Both the position numbers and the translations under genes were made by a program. Source: an uncultured Bacilli bacterium (GTDB lineage: Bacteria > Bacillota_I > Bacilli_A > RF39 > UBA660). Taken from it: 64,000 nt of DNA. The notes below the pieces were generated by a model. It had not been told where the DNA came from. It searched no databases and saw nothing but the letters and a program-made list of their open reading frames with translations. Positions 55,946-64,000 of this stretch are shown here, piece by piece. The stretch covers positions 288 through 64,287 of the forward strand of contig CAKPHY010000006.1 of the NCBI GenBank assembly GCA_934162285.1. The letters run 5' to 3'. Position 1 is the first letter of the stretch. Each line of letters begins with the position of its first letter.

Positions 55946-55959
55946 CTTAAATTGTCTTT

Positions 55960-57048
55960 TTATTTCATTGTTGGACCATTATCCCTTTTAGATTCCATAT
56001 ATATAAAAGATATACCACCATCACTAGCCCAATATTTTTCGTGTTGTGCAATAGATTTTGTAATTCTTTGGTCATATATTCTTTCGCTTTGTAATGAGGC
56101 ATTATCATAACTTAAATGTTGCTCATACATTACTTCTGAAGTTTTAACATTTTTTATTGCTCTTGTTAATTCTTCTGGTGTAAATGGCTGAGAAATATTA
56201 GTATAATATTCATACATCGCTCTATATATATTAATTAATTGATTACCTTCAATACCATTAAATTCAATATTCATTCTAAAAAATTTATTTAATTCAATTA
56301 AATTATTTTTTAAAACACTGAAGTGGTCATTAATTATTTCCTCGTCTGTTTTTCCAGAAATCATTTGTTCTATTGGATTAACTTGAGTTAATAACGAAAT
56401 GGATTGTTCAAATGCTTGTTCTGATAAAAAGTTATTATAAAATACAGAAATACTATTTCCAGAAGGAATTTGTTTATGATAATATCGATTAATATCATTA
56501 TCTTGAATTAAAAAGGCATTATATCCTAATATATCTCCCTCATTTTTAGGAGCATCAATAGTTGGATCACAATGTAAACAATGGTTAAATCCATTTTCGT
56601 CTTGGATAATAACTTCAAAATTTCCGTGTGAACCTAATGAATTTTTGTTTTCATCAAATGTTTCAGTATGCTTATATAAAAATGGTATATTAAATGTTTC
56701 ACACAAAAAACTCATTAATTGACAATATCCTTGACAAACTCCCTTATTTGTAATTAATGTACCAATTAAATCATGACTAGTATCTTGCTCAACATAAACT
56801 CTATCAGAAACAAATTCATAAATTGCAACAAACAATTCTAAATTATTTAATTTTCTAGGAATATTATTTTCGTATATTACCATATTATTTAATTTACTTA
56901 AAAAACTATAAATTTGTGTTGCAGCAAGTGTTAATTGTTCATCAGTATATGGTATATTTGGACTATTATGTTTAATATAAGCATCTAACAATCTCTGTTT
57001 AATTTTTTCTAATCCATATACTTGATTATTAAATTGTTCCATATACAT
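55960..57048 (-). CDS. Hypothetical protein with a transglutaminase-like Cys-His-Asp core
   Basis: 362 aa. KGVCQGYCQLMSFLCETFNIPF (G-x-C..f..l), then SHGNFEV and HCDPT, in the order expected for the papain-like transglutaminase fold. Motif-level call only. Confidence 0.45.
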   Translation of the reverse strand: MYMEQFNNQVYGLEKIKQRLLDAYIKHNSPNIPYTDEQLTLAATQIYSFLSKLNNMVIYENNIPRKLNNLELFVAIYEFVSDRVYVEQDTSHDLIGTLITNKGVCQGYCQLMSFLCETFNIPFLYKHTETFDENKNSLGSHGNFEVIIQDENGFNHCLHCDPTIDAPKNEGDILGYNAFLIQDNDINRYYHKQIPSGNSISVFYNNFLSEQAFEQSISLLTQVNPIEQMISGKTDEEIINDHFSVLKNNLIELNKFFRMNIEFNGIEGNQLINIYRAMYEYYTNISQPFTPEELTRAIKNVKTSEVMYEQHLSYDNASLQSERIYDQRITKSIAQHEKYWASDGGISFIYMESKRDNGPTMK

Positions 57049-57053
57049 TCTCC

Positions 57054-57626
57054 TTATATTCCTAAATTCATACCAATAATTTCATCCATTGATATAATTT
57101 TTTTACTTCTCTCATTTATATTATATTTTGTGAATAATGGTGGATAAAATGATATTCCTTTATCTAAACTTATACTACTTACATCATCTTTCCAATTATC
57201 CCATCTATATAATTCATAAAATTTTTTTACATTATCTTTTGAATTAATTAACCAATCTATATAATTTGCATAATAGATATTTAGGTTTTCCCATCTTAAA
57301 GTATCTGGAGCAAAATAATATATTATTCCATCTTTTAATGCAAATAATCCACCAATAACATCTTCTCCAAGTATAATATCTACTACATCGTTTTTATTAT
57401 ATTTTTTATTTTTTTCAATCACATTTAACTGCCCACAACCATATAACCTTATCCAATTGTCAATAATAATACCTCCGCAGTTTTCCATAACTGAGAAAAA
57501 TAATTTGTCAGCATATTGACTATAATTATTTTTAAAATCAATAATAATATTTTCCTTTTTTTCTAAAATTTTTACATTATCTTTTTTTAATAAATCTTCA
57601 AATAAAAGTTTTGACTTCATATTCAT
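57054..57626 (-). CDS. Hypothetical protein, DUF2625-like
   Basis: 190 aa. EDVIGGLFALKDGIIYYFAPDTLRWENLNIYYANYIDWL resembles my recollection of DUF2625. Low certainty. Confidence 0.35.
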   Translation of the reverse strand: MNMKSKLLFEDLLKKDNVKILEKKENIIIDFKNNYSQYADKLFFSVMENCGGIIIDNWIRLYGCGQLNVIEKNKKYNKNDVVDIILGEDVIGGLFALKDGIIYYFAPDTLRWENLNIYYANYIDWLINSKDNVKKFYELYRWDNWKDDVSSISLDKGISFYPPLFTKYNINERSKKIISMDEIIGMNLGI

Positions 57627-57642
57627 TTAACTCCTCGTATAA

Positions 57643-58437
57643 TTATTTTTTTACTGTCCATCTACCATTTTTGTTAGCACCAGTTCTTTCAATATAATCA
57701 TTATCAATTAAGTATTTTATATGATTTCTAATAGTTCTTGGTGTAACGCCTAATAAGTTGGACATTTCATCCTGCGTAATTGTTGGTCTATCTAACATTA
57801 ATCCTATAATACCTTTTTGAATATTATTTAGCTCTGATTTAGAATAATCTAAATTTCTATCTTTTGTATTAATCTTATTATCATACTCAAATTCATTTTG
57901 ATTATATTTAATGCTTACCCTTATAAAATGAGGATAAAAATGATATATACTTTTGTCATATCTTTTAAGTATTCTTCTTATACCAGTTCCTAAATGTTCT
58001 ACTAGTTCTAAATCTCTAAATACTCTCATTAACTCTGGATTTTTTGGAGCAGAATATCCTTGTAAAAACTCTTCTTCCGTAAATTCACTTTTTATTCCTC
58101 CGAATGATGATATTTCTAATCTATCACTAAAAATTTCAAATTTTGGAGGATATTCTGTAGACCAATCATTATGAACAATAGCATTAATAACTGCCTCTCT
58201 AACAGCAGTATAATCATACATAGATTGTTCTTTTCTATCAGGATAAGTAATTTTAGCATAAACCTTATTTTCTGTTCTAAATTTTTCTAAAACTCTATAT
58301 GTTGCCTTAATTAATGAGCAATTACCAAATTCATAATTTTCCATTAATTCATCAACATCATCACCTGCATATTTTGTTTTTTTGTGTACCTGACTCTCAC
58401 ATTTAAGCTTGGAAGTCATACAAAGACTATCCTGCAA
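57643..58437 (-). CDS. RecG-like C-terminal HATPase_c_4 domain plus winged-HTH regulator, apparently missing the usual N-terminal AlbA_2/Schlafen domain
   Basis: REAVINAIVHNDWS...FEIFSDRLEISSFGG...NPELMRVFRDLELVEHLGTGIRRI, then TQDEMSNLLGVTPRTIRNHIKYLIDNDYIERTG. TTG or ATG start without a convincing RBS, only 17 nt after the upstream stop. Confidence 0.55.
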   Translation of the reverse strand: MQDSLCMTSKLKCESQVHKKTKYAGDDVDELMENYEFGNCSLIKATYRVLEKFRTENKVYAKITYPDRKEQSMYDYTAVREAVINAIVHNDWSTEYPPKFEIFSDRLEISSFGGIKSEFTEEEFLQGYSAPKNPELMRVFRDLELVEHLGTGIRRILKRYDKSIYHFYPHFIRVSIKYNQNEFEYDNKINTKDRNLDYSKSELNNIQKGIIGLMLDRPTITQDEMSNLLGVTPRTIRNHIKYLIDNDYIERTGANKNGRWTVKK

Positions 58438-58454
58438 AGGAAGTAAAAAAGAAG

Positions 58455-60293
58455 TTAGATACAGATACTACTTTCAGCTGGCATAGCAATCATTTCTTTA
58501 GAGAATTTTCTGGGTATAATTTGAATTCTAGATGTCTCATAGTCATAAGCTTTATGTTCTATTTTCTTGCTTGGTAATTCAACAATTTCTTTTCTTTTTG
58601 GATATACATATATTGGTATCTCAAACTCCTTAGCAATTTTTATTTCTAAATCACTTGGTTTTCTATCCACACATAATATATAAGAAGGTTTAATAGGCCT
58701 ATTATTTATTAAATATGCAAGTTCATTATAACTATTTTGATCAGTATTATCCATAAATTGTTCAATTGGGATTAAATCACTATTATATTGTCTCAATAAT
58801 GATGTTCTTTGATTAGTTTGACCATCACTTACAGTTGCTGAATATAATTGATTTTCTATATTTAAATAACCAAATACAATGCCTCTTAAAAATGTATTTG
58901 TATGATTTGCATCTAGTAAACTCATACAAATTTTGCCATAATTTTTTGATTTTTCACTAAACTTTTGATAATAATCTTCATCACAATCACTTGTAGAATG
59001 AATTAGAAACATACATTCATTTGTATTATCTAGATGGTAAATTACAACTCCATTCTTTTCTTCAGAAGTTGCATTTTTTAAAACTTTTTCAGAATTTGTA
59101 GCTTTATTAACGTCTTGATTAAATAAATTATACATTCTATTCATAATTTCATTAATAGTATTAGAATTAATAGAAGTATCTTTCATAATTTCCATTGGAT
59201 TTATATTTTGATTTCCATTCAAATAATTATATATTATTTCTAATTCTTCACTTAATGTGCCTAATATTTTTTTTGCTTCTTTATTACTATTTGCATACTT
59301 TAATATTACATTAATATTAATCACTGTATTTGAAGCAATTTCTTCAAAATAATATAGAGAAAACACATTTTTTAATGTATCTAAACTATAATCTTCATAA
59401 TTATTCAATATATGTAAAAAACAATTTTTTCTCATATTCTGTATCTCTGGATTTAATTCTAAAATTTGTGATATTTTTTCAAATTTATCCATTTTAAAAA
59501 TAGACAATAAAATTTCCATTCCTACATCTGTACTTATTAAATCTTTTACATTGCTAATAGTTTCTTCGCTCGAATTTTTGTTAAGTCCTTCTAAAAGTTT
59601 ACCTATTTTATTCTTTCTTATCTCATTTTCATATATTTTATAAGTTTCTTGTAAATAATATGGCTCACCCTTTTCTGAATCATAATATTTTGTCAACACT
59701 TCAATAGTTTGATTATAATCTAAACTATTAAGTTTTTTATTTAGATATTCTATACCTACAATATCTAACCCTAATTTGTTTATATTATAAAAAAATATAT
59801 CATAGTTTACATAAAAATACACATTTTTCCAAACAGAATCAATTAACATATTTTTTAATTTATCTGTAGATTGATATTCTAACATTCTTACAAAAAATGA
59901 AATATTATTTTGTGATAGTGGTTTTAGCAATTCTAATGTTCTATTGTCATTTAATAGTTTATGAAAATTTAAATCTTCTATATCATTATTTATAATTTTA
60001 TGTGAAATATAATTAAACAAATTGCTATTATTTACAAGCAATTCATAAAAATTACTACTATCAATTTGTGTAGAAAAAGAATTTAATAAAAGATGAATAG
60101 TTTTATTAAACAATATTGGATCTCTTAATAATTCTTCAAAATCAATATAATTTATTTCTATAAAACCATATTTGTTTTTTAATAAATAATCTAAAAATTC
60201 ATCATTAAAAAAATCTTTTGCCTTCATTTCATCAGGCAATCCATTTTCTTCATAATAACGTTCATAGTATTCAATTTTTTGTTCTAAACTCAT
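58455..60293 (-). CDS. Hypothetical 612-aa protein, no recognisable motif
   Basis: Long uninterrupted ORF with RBS AGAGAGGTAAA, first gene of a tight four-gene minus-strand cluster. Helical-repeat-like N-terminal two thirds. The C-terminal approximately 190 aa are more conserved-looking (CMFLIHSTSDCDEDYY...GIVFGYLN...PSYILCVDRKPSD). Confidence 0.5.
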   Translation of the reverse strand: MSLEQKIEYYERYYEENGLPDEMKAKDFFNDEFLDYLLKNKYGFIEINYIDFEELLRDPILFNKTIHLLLNSFSTQIDSSNFYELLVNNSNLFNYISHKIINNDIEDLNFHKLLNDNRTLELLKPLSQNNISFFVRMLEYQSTDKLKNMLIDSVWKNVYFYVNYDIFFYNINKLGLDIVGIEYLNKKLNSLDYNQTIEVLTKYYDSEKGEPYYLQETYKIYENEIRKNKIGKLLEGLNKNSSEETISNVKDLISTDVGMEILLSIFKMDKFEKISQILELNPEIQNMRKNCFLHILNNYEDYSLDTLKNVFSLYYFEEIASNTVININVILKYANSNKEAKKILGTLSEELEIIYNYLNGNQNINPMEIMKDTSINSNTINEIMNRMYNLFNQDVNKATNSEKVLKNATSEEKNGVVIYHLDNTNECMFLIHSTSDCDEDYYQKFSEKSKNYGKICMSLLDANHTNTFLRGIVFGYLNIENQLYSATVSDGQTNQRTSLLRQYNSDLIPIEQFMDNTDQNSYNELAYLINNRPIKPSYILCVDRKPSDLEIKIAKEFEIPIYVYPKRKEIVELPSKKIEHKAYDYETSRIQIIPRKFSKEMIAMPAESSICI

Positions 60294-60485
60294 ATATTTA
60301 CCTCTCTTATCATATTAATTAAAAAAATAAGCTAAAAACCACTATTATTTATAAACCTATAATAATTATAACATTATTTTTGTATTTTTTTTATTTATAT
60401 TGGAAATAATTTAAATTTATGGTAATCTATTTATAGAAGTTAGTTGTATTAACTTATACCCGAGTTTTGTAGTTTATTTTATAAT

Positions 60486-60528
60486 AAAACGTCGCAATGC
60501 CTTGTAATTATTTGGTTTGCGACGTTTT
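60486..60528. terminator. Long perfect hairpin (12-bp stem) flanked by A and T runs: bidirectional terminator/insulator near the right-hand repeat
   Basis: AAAACGTCGCAA-(18-nt loop)-TTGCGACGTTTT. Confidence 0.5.
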
Positions 60529-60580
60529 ATATTTTCCACAACGAAAACACCTAAATTTTTGAAAAAATTATATACTGTCA

Positions 60581-60609
60581 TTGAAATTCGTGAAAATTTT
60601 GTATATAAT
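60581..60609 (+). promoter_or_regulatory. Sigma-A promoter TTGAAA-N17-TATAAT
   Basis: TTGAAA at 60581-60586 and TATAAT at 60604-60609. Drives an approximately 110-nt transcript ending at the 60694-60721 terminator. Confidence 0.5.
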
Positions 60610-60656
60610 ATTTTTAGAAAGAGAGCTTAGTTCGTAACTTGTATGTGATTCACCAT

Positions 60657-60723
60657 AAGATAAAATCGTCGCACCAAAGCGATGTTAATGATTAAATCAA
60701 TCAGAAATGATTGATTTTTTTGT
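60657..60723 (+). repeat. Direct repeat copy 2 (67 nt), pairs with 52677-52742
   Basis: See copy 1. The variable patch keeps hairpin potential in both copies (CGTCG..CGACG versus CGC..GCG). Confidence 0.85.
60694..60721 (+). terminator. Intrinsic terminator (identical to the tRNA-Gly terminator)
   Basis: AAATCAATCA-gaaa-TGATTGATTT followed by T residues. Confidence 0.7.
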
Positions 60724-60762
60724 GTCTTACAAAGAAATCATCCTAAAGAAAGGATGGTGTTT

Positions 60763-60876
60763 ATGATTAATATTATCAAACAAGAAATACCTATTGATGA
60801 ATCGCTTAAAAATTTTTATATTTTGACAATTTTGATTATTGAAAAAATTTTAAAAAATAGTATAATTTATTCATAA
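60763..60876 (+). CDS. Possible 37-codon upstream ORF / leader peptide
   Basis: MINIIKQEIPIDESLKNFYILTILIIEKILKNSIIYS. GGA-rich RBS. Ends 15-20 nt before the second terminator hairpin. It could equally be a remnant of the duplicated ORF start seen at 52769. Confidence 0.25.
   Translation: MINIIKQEIPIDESLKNFYILTILIIEKILKNSIIYS
60839..60866 (+). promoter_or_regulatory. Sigma-A promoter TTGAAA-N16-TATAAT proximal to the MATE gene
   Basis: TTGAAA at 60839-60844 and TATAAT at 60861-60866. Confidence 0.45.
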
Positions 60877-60894
60877 GACGAGTAGTTTTCAAAA

Positions 60895-60934
60895 AAGAGG
60901 CGTAAATCCAGTTTATGGATTTTGCCTCTTTTTT
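60895..60934 (+). terminator. Terminator-like hairpin (attenuator) 20 nt upstream of the MATE gene RBS
   Basis: AAGAGGC-gt-AAATCCA-gttta-TGGATTT-t-GCCTCTT followed by TTTT. Lies between the proximal promoter and the ATG at 60954. Confidence 0.6.
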
Positions 60935-60953
60935 CTCGTTAAAAGGAGGATTT

Positions 60954-62891
60954 ATGAAAGAAGAAAGACAAAATAAAATGGCAATTGCTCCTATGAATAA
61001 ACTTATTTTGAAAATGGGACTTCCAATGATTATATCTATGGTTTTACAAGCTTTATATAATGTCATTGATAGCATTTTTGTTGCTAATATGGGAACAACT
61101 GGAGCTATTGCCAATCAAGCTTTAACTTACGCTTTTCCAATTCAAATAATGATCATTGCTATTGGAGTTGGAACTGGAGTTGGATTAAATGCTTTATTAT
61201 CTAAAAGTTTGGGCGAAAATGATAATGAAAAAGTAAATAAAATTGCTGGCAATGGAATATTTTTGAGTGTATGTATTTATATTATTTTCTTATTGTTTGG
61301 TCTATTGGGTTCTAAGTGGTTTATTTCTCTATTTACCAGTGATAAAGAAATAATCGAAATGGGAACTACTTATTTAAAGATATGCACTTGTTTATCATTA
61401 GGAGCTATTGGTTATACGGTATATGAAAGATTTTTACAAGCAACAGGAAAAACAATGCTATCTACTATTTCACAAATAGCTGGGGCTATAATTAATATAG
61501 TATTAGATTATGTTTTTATTTATCCGTTAAATATGGGCGTTGCCGGAGCCGCCTGGGCTACTATAATCGGACAATTTATATCTTTGTTTATTGCAATATA
61601 TTTCCATTATAAAAGTAATAAAGAAATAGATGGTAATATAAAATATATAATCCCAGATAAAACAATAATTAAAGGAATTTATAGTATTGGTATTTCAGCA
61701 GCTTTAATGCAAGCATTACTTGCTGTCATGATGGCTGGGATGAACGCTATCTTAGGTCTGGCTCAAGTAAATCAAACTATTTTGATTGGTTCATTTGGTA
61801 TCTATTACAAAATCCAACAAATTGCATTATTCTCGGCCTTTGGATTATCTAACACTATTATTTCTATATTATCATTTAATTATGGAATGCAAGATAAAAA
61901 AAGAATTGATGATTGTATTAAATATGGAATAACTGATACTATCATTGTTACTTTAATAATAAGCATTTTATTTGAAATTTTTGCTTATCCCTTAGCTAAT
62001 TTGTTTGGGCTTGCCGGTAGAACTACCAAAGAAATAATTAAAGTATGTGTAACGGCATTAAGAATTTCAAGTATTGGATTTATATTTATGGGTATTTCTG
62101 TTGCCATTCAAGGTATTCTGCAATCAATAAGATATGCTTTTAGACCTCTAATTATTTCTTTATTAAGGTTAGTTGTTTTCGTTTTTCCAATCGCATATTT
62201 ATTTACAAAATCGAGTAATGTAACTGAAATTGTTTGGTGGACATTCCCGATAGCAGAAATTCTAACCGCATTTATTTCATTATTAATACTCAAAAATTCT
62301 TATGATAAAAAGATTAAAATTATTAAAAAAGTTCAAACTAAAGATAATTTAATTATATCTATTTCAAGGGAACATGGAACTAATGGAAAAGAAATTGGTA
62401 GACTTGTTGCTGCTAAATTAAATATACCTTTCTATGATAAAGAAGAAATAAAAGATTTTGCTATAAAAAACGGGATGATTACTAATAATTATTCTAAAGA
62501 AGAAATATATGATAATTTTTTAACACTAGATGTTAGTAAAGAAGCCATAATTAATCAAACTAAAGTAATTAAAAAAATCGCGAATAATGATGATGCTGTT
62601 ATTGTAGGAAGAGCTGCTGACTATATATTAGAAGGAAATAAGAACTTAATAAAAGTATTTATCTATGCGCCAATCGACTATAAAATTAAAAATATAATGA
62701 AGAATTATGGTGATGATAGTACTCAAGCTAAAAACCATATATTAGCATCAGATAAATCACGATCAAATTATTATAGTGCTATTGCTAATAGGAATTGGGG
62801 AGATAAAAATAATTATGATTTGTGTATTGATGCTAAAATAGGAAATGAAAATGTAGTTAAAATTATCTGTAATTATGTAAAAAATAGATAA
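60954..62891 (+). CDS. MATE family efflux transporter fused to a C-terminal cytidylate-kinase-like (Cytidylate_kin2) domain
   Basis: Start set at ATG 60954 (RBS AAAGGAGGA). Twelve TM helices with the MATE N-terminus LILKMGLPMIISMVLQALYNVIDSIFV. The last approximately 190 aa read LIISISREHGTNGKEIGRLVAAKLNIPFYDKEEI...VIVGRAADYIL...SDKSRSNYY...WGDKNNYDLCID. Confidence 0.8.
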   Translation: MKEERQNKMAIAPMNKLILKMGLPMIISMVLQALYNVIDSIFVANMGTTGAIANQALTYAFPIQIMIIAIGVGTGVGLNALLSKSLGENDNEKVNKIAGNGIFLSVCIYIIFLLFGLLGSKWFISLFTSDKEIIEMGTTYLKICTCLSLGAIGYTVYERFLQATGKTMLSTISQIAGAIINIVLDYVFIYPLNMGVAGAAWATIIGQFISLFIAIYFHYKSNKEIDGNIKYIIPDKTIIKGIYSIGISAALMQALLAVMMAGMNAILGLAQVNQTILIGSFGIYYKIQQIALFSAFGLSNTIISILSFNYGMQDKKRIDDCIKYGITDTIIVTLIISILFEIFAYPLANLFGLAGRTTKEIIKVCVTALRISSIGFIFMGISVAIQGILQSIRYAFRPLIISLLRLVVFVFPIAYLFTKSSNVTEIVWWTFPIAEILTAFISLLILKNSYDKKIKIIKKVQTKDNLIISISREHGTNGKEIGRLVAAKLNIPFYDKEEIKDFAIKNGMITNNYSKEEIYDNFLTLDVSKEAIINQTKVIKKIANNDDAVIVGRAADYILEGNKNLIKVFIYAPIDYKIKNIMKNYGDDSTQAKNHILASDKSRSNYYSAIANRNWGDKNNYDLCIDAKIGNENVVKIICNYVKNR

Positions 62892-63115
62892 TTTAAAATG
62901 TTATTAAGATTAGTTTAAATTATAACTAGTCTTTTTCTTTTGCTAAATTCTTCAAATATAAATAAATTGACTATTTTAGTATTTAACTTTTTTAAATTTA
63001 GAAATATTAACAAAATATTGTAAATGTTAAAAGCTTTTGACAAATTTCCAAAGCTATTTGGTAGATCTAGTTAAGATAATATTCTATAATTATAGTTATG
63101 AAAAGGAGTGATAGT

Positions 63116-63670
63116 ATGTCATTAGGAAATAAGATTTTAGAACTAAGAAAAAAGGAAGGATATTCACAAGAAGAATTAGGTGAAAAAATTGGTGTTACAA
63201 GACAAACCATTTCCAATTGGGAACTTGATGAAACTGCACCTAATCCAGAGCAATTAAAACTTTTATCTAAGGAGTTAAAAATCAGTATTGATGAATTATT
63301 AAGTAATGATATCAATAATGTATTAGTTAATAAAGTAAATAGTACTGAAAAACTTTCAAAATTAATTTTAACTTTTTTAAAGTGTGGTGCCGTAGTACTT
63401 ACTATATTTGTTATATTTATAATTGTAAGTTTAATTAGATTAACTTCTTCAATGAAAAAATCAGGTGCTGAATTTAATTCTATTAACTATTGCAAAATTG
63501 GTGAAACTAACTACGAAATCGAATTTGATTCTAATAAATATTTTAATTGTAAAAATTGTTCTAATGAAATGAATAATGAAATAAAAAATTTGATTGATTT
63601 TAACAACATTAATGATAGTGCTGATAAAGTCAATAATTATTTTAATTCACATAATGGTAGTTGTGAGTAA
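63116..63670 (+). CDS. XRE-family HTH regulator with a TM helix and a Cys-containing extracytoplasmic tail
   Basis: Start ATG 63116 (RBS AAAGGAG). ILELRKKEGYSQEELGEKIGVTRQTISNWELDETAPNPEQLKLLSKELKISIDELL. TM segment ILTFLKCGAVVLTIFVIFIIVSLI. Confidence 0.75.
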   Translation: MSLGNKILELRKKEGYSQEELGEKIGVTRQTISNWELDETAPNPEQLKLLSKELKISIDELLSNDINNVLVNKVNSTEKLSKLILTFLKCGAVVLTIFVIFIIVSLIRLTSSMKKSGAEFNSINYCKIGETNYEIEFDSNKYFNCKNCSNEMNNEIKNLIDFNNINDSADKVNNYFNSHNGSCE

Positions 63671-63674
63671 CATT

Positions 63675-63705
63675 TAAAAAATTGATCCTAGAGATCAATT
63701 TTTTT
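63675..63705. terminator. Bidirectional intrinsic terminator between convergent genes
   Basis: A run, AATTGATC-ctaga-GATCAATT, then T run. Confidence 0.65.
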
Positions 63706-63710
63706 ATATT

Positions 63711-64000
63711 CTATTTAATTGTTAAATTTAAATAATTAATAATTTTAGGTATAAATATAATACTTCCTATAATTGCTGAACCAATAGCAAAAACTAAAAC
63801 GCCACCAGCAGCAACATCTTTTGCTTTTTTAGCTCTTTCATCCTTTTTAGGCATAGCGATATCAACAACAGTTTCAATTGCTGTATTAAACATTTCAGCC
63901 CCTATCACCATTGCAAAGCAAACTATACAAGCTAGCCATTCATAAGTACTAATTTGTAAAAATATACCAAATAATATTACAAGTATAGCTACTGCTATAT
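63711..64000 (-). CDS. dgkA: Diacylglycerol/undecaprenol kinase (DgkA family), C-terminal part; the 5' end lies beyond the window end
   Basis: EMFNTAIETVVDIAMPKKDERAKKAKDVAAGGVLVFAIGSAIIG matches the prokaryotic DAGK pattern (E..NTAIE..VD ... KD.AAGAVL). The frame stays open upstream to position 64000. Confidence 0.8.
   Translation of the reverse strand, partial: IAVAILVILFGIFLQISTYEWLACIVCFAMVIGAEMFNTAIETVVDIAMPKKDERAKKAKDVAAGGVLVFAIGSAIIGSIIFIPKIINYLNLTIK

Larger units (their letters stand above)
52677..60723. mobile_element. Remnant of an integrated mobilizable element next to tRNA-Gly (approximately 8 kb)
   Basis: Bracketed by the 66/67-nt direct repeats. Contains a MOB relaxase, a 23-codon serine recombinase stub, a large inverted repeat and cargo genes of unknown function. 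No intact recombinase is present. Confidence 0.45.

Noticed and set aside
60610-60721. Assigning the approximately 110-nt terminated leader to a known riboswitch class (preQ1, guanidine-I/II/III, fluoride)
   Set aside because: None of the conserved cores I remember for these classes can be found. The 3' half is simply the same hairpin-plus-terminator module that follows tRNA-Gly. It is left as unknown pending a covariance-model search.
60836-61114. 92-aa minus-strand ORF overlapping the MATE gene start
   Set aside because: It is antisense to the well-supported MATE N-terminus and to its leader hairpin, and it has no start signals.

Overview
AT-rich chromosomal segment from a low-GC, endospore-forming Bacillota member. 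Sporulation genes present are spoIVB, spoVS, cse60 and a sigH-type sigma factor. TGA is used as a stop (for example at the end of sufU), so the genetic code is 11. Most genes are on the minus strand, and many are preceded by clear TTGACA-N16/17-TATAAT promoters with short leaders. Core genes: pnp, rpsO, truB, mrnC-rlmB-sigH (Bacillus-like synteny), rbgA, murC, a type IIA topoisomerase B subunit, sufU-sufB, a CDP-alcohol phosphatidyltransferase and dgkA. Accessory or unusual content: (1) 13.3-23.3 kb is a decayed accessory patch (RhuM, a DinD-like pseudogene, a rhuM fragment, MazG-like, XRE). It holds a tightly coupled three-gene operon whose first product has two RNxxxH HEPN-type motifs at opposite ends; the partners are an ASCH/kinase-like fusion lacking the catalytic Asp and a beta-lactamase-fold/GNAT fusion. 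No CRISPR array or cas genes occur in the window. (2) 41.6-46.1 kb holds two divergently arranged MurT/GatD-like pairs. Both GatD-like proteins contain no cysteine at all, so they cannot be glutaminases. They sit next to a MOP flippase, two ATP-grasp ligases and a GGDEF cyclase. (3) An ssb gene is split by a complete group II intron (GUGCG 5' end, domain V, RT/maturase/HNH ORF). (4) An approximately 8 kb mobilizable-element remnant lies next to a slightly non-canonical tRNA-Gly(UCC), bracketed by 66/67-nt direct repeats. It carries a relaxase, a 23-codon serine-recombinase stub and a four-gene operon of unknown function. (5) Also present: a MATE/cytidylate-kinase-like fusion behind a two-terminator leader, a collagen-like GXT repeat gene, a CotH-VTC-DUF4956 cluster and a family of Cys-rich repeat surface proteins. 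No rRNA and no CRISPR array were seen. All functional calls come from motif recognition by eye; no database search was run.
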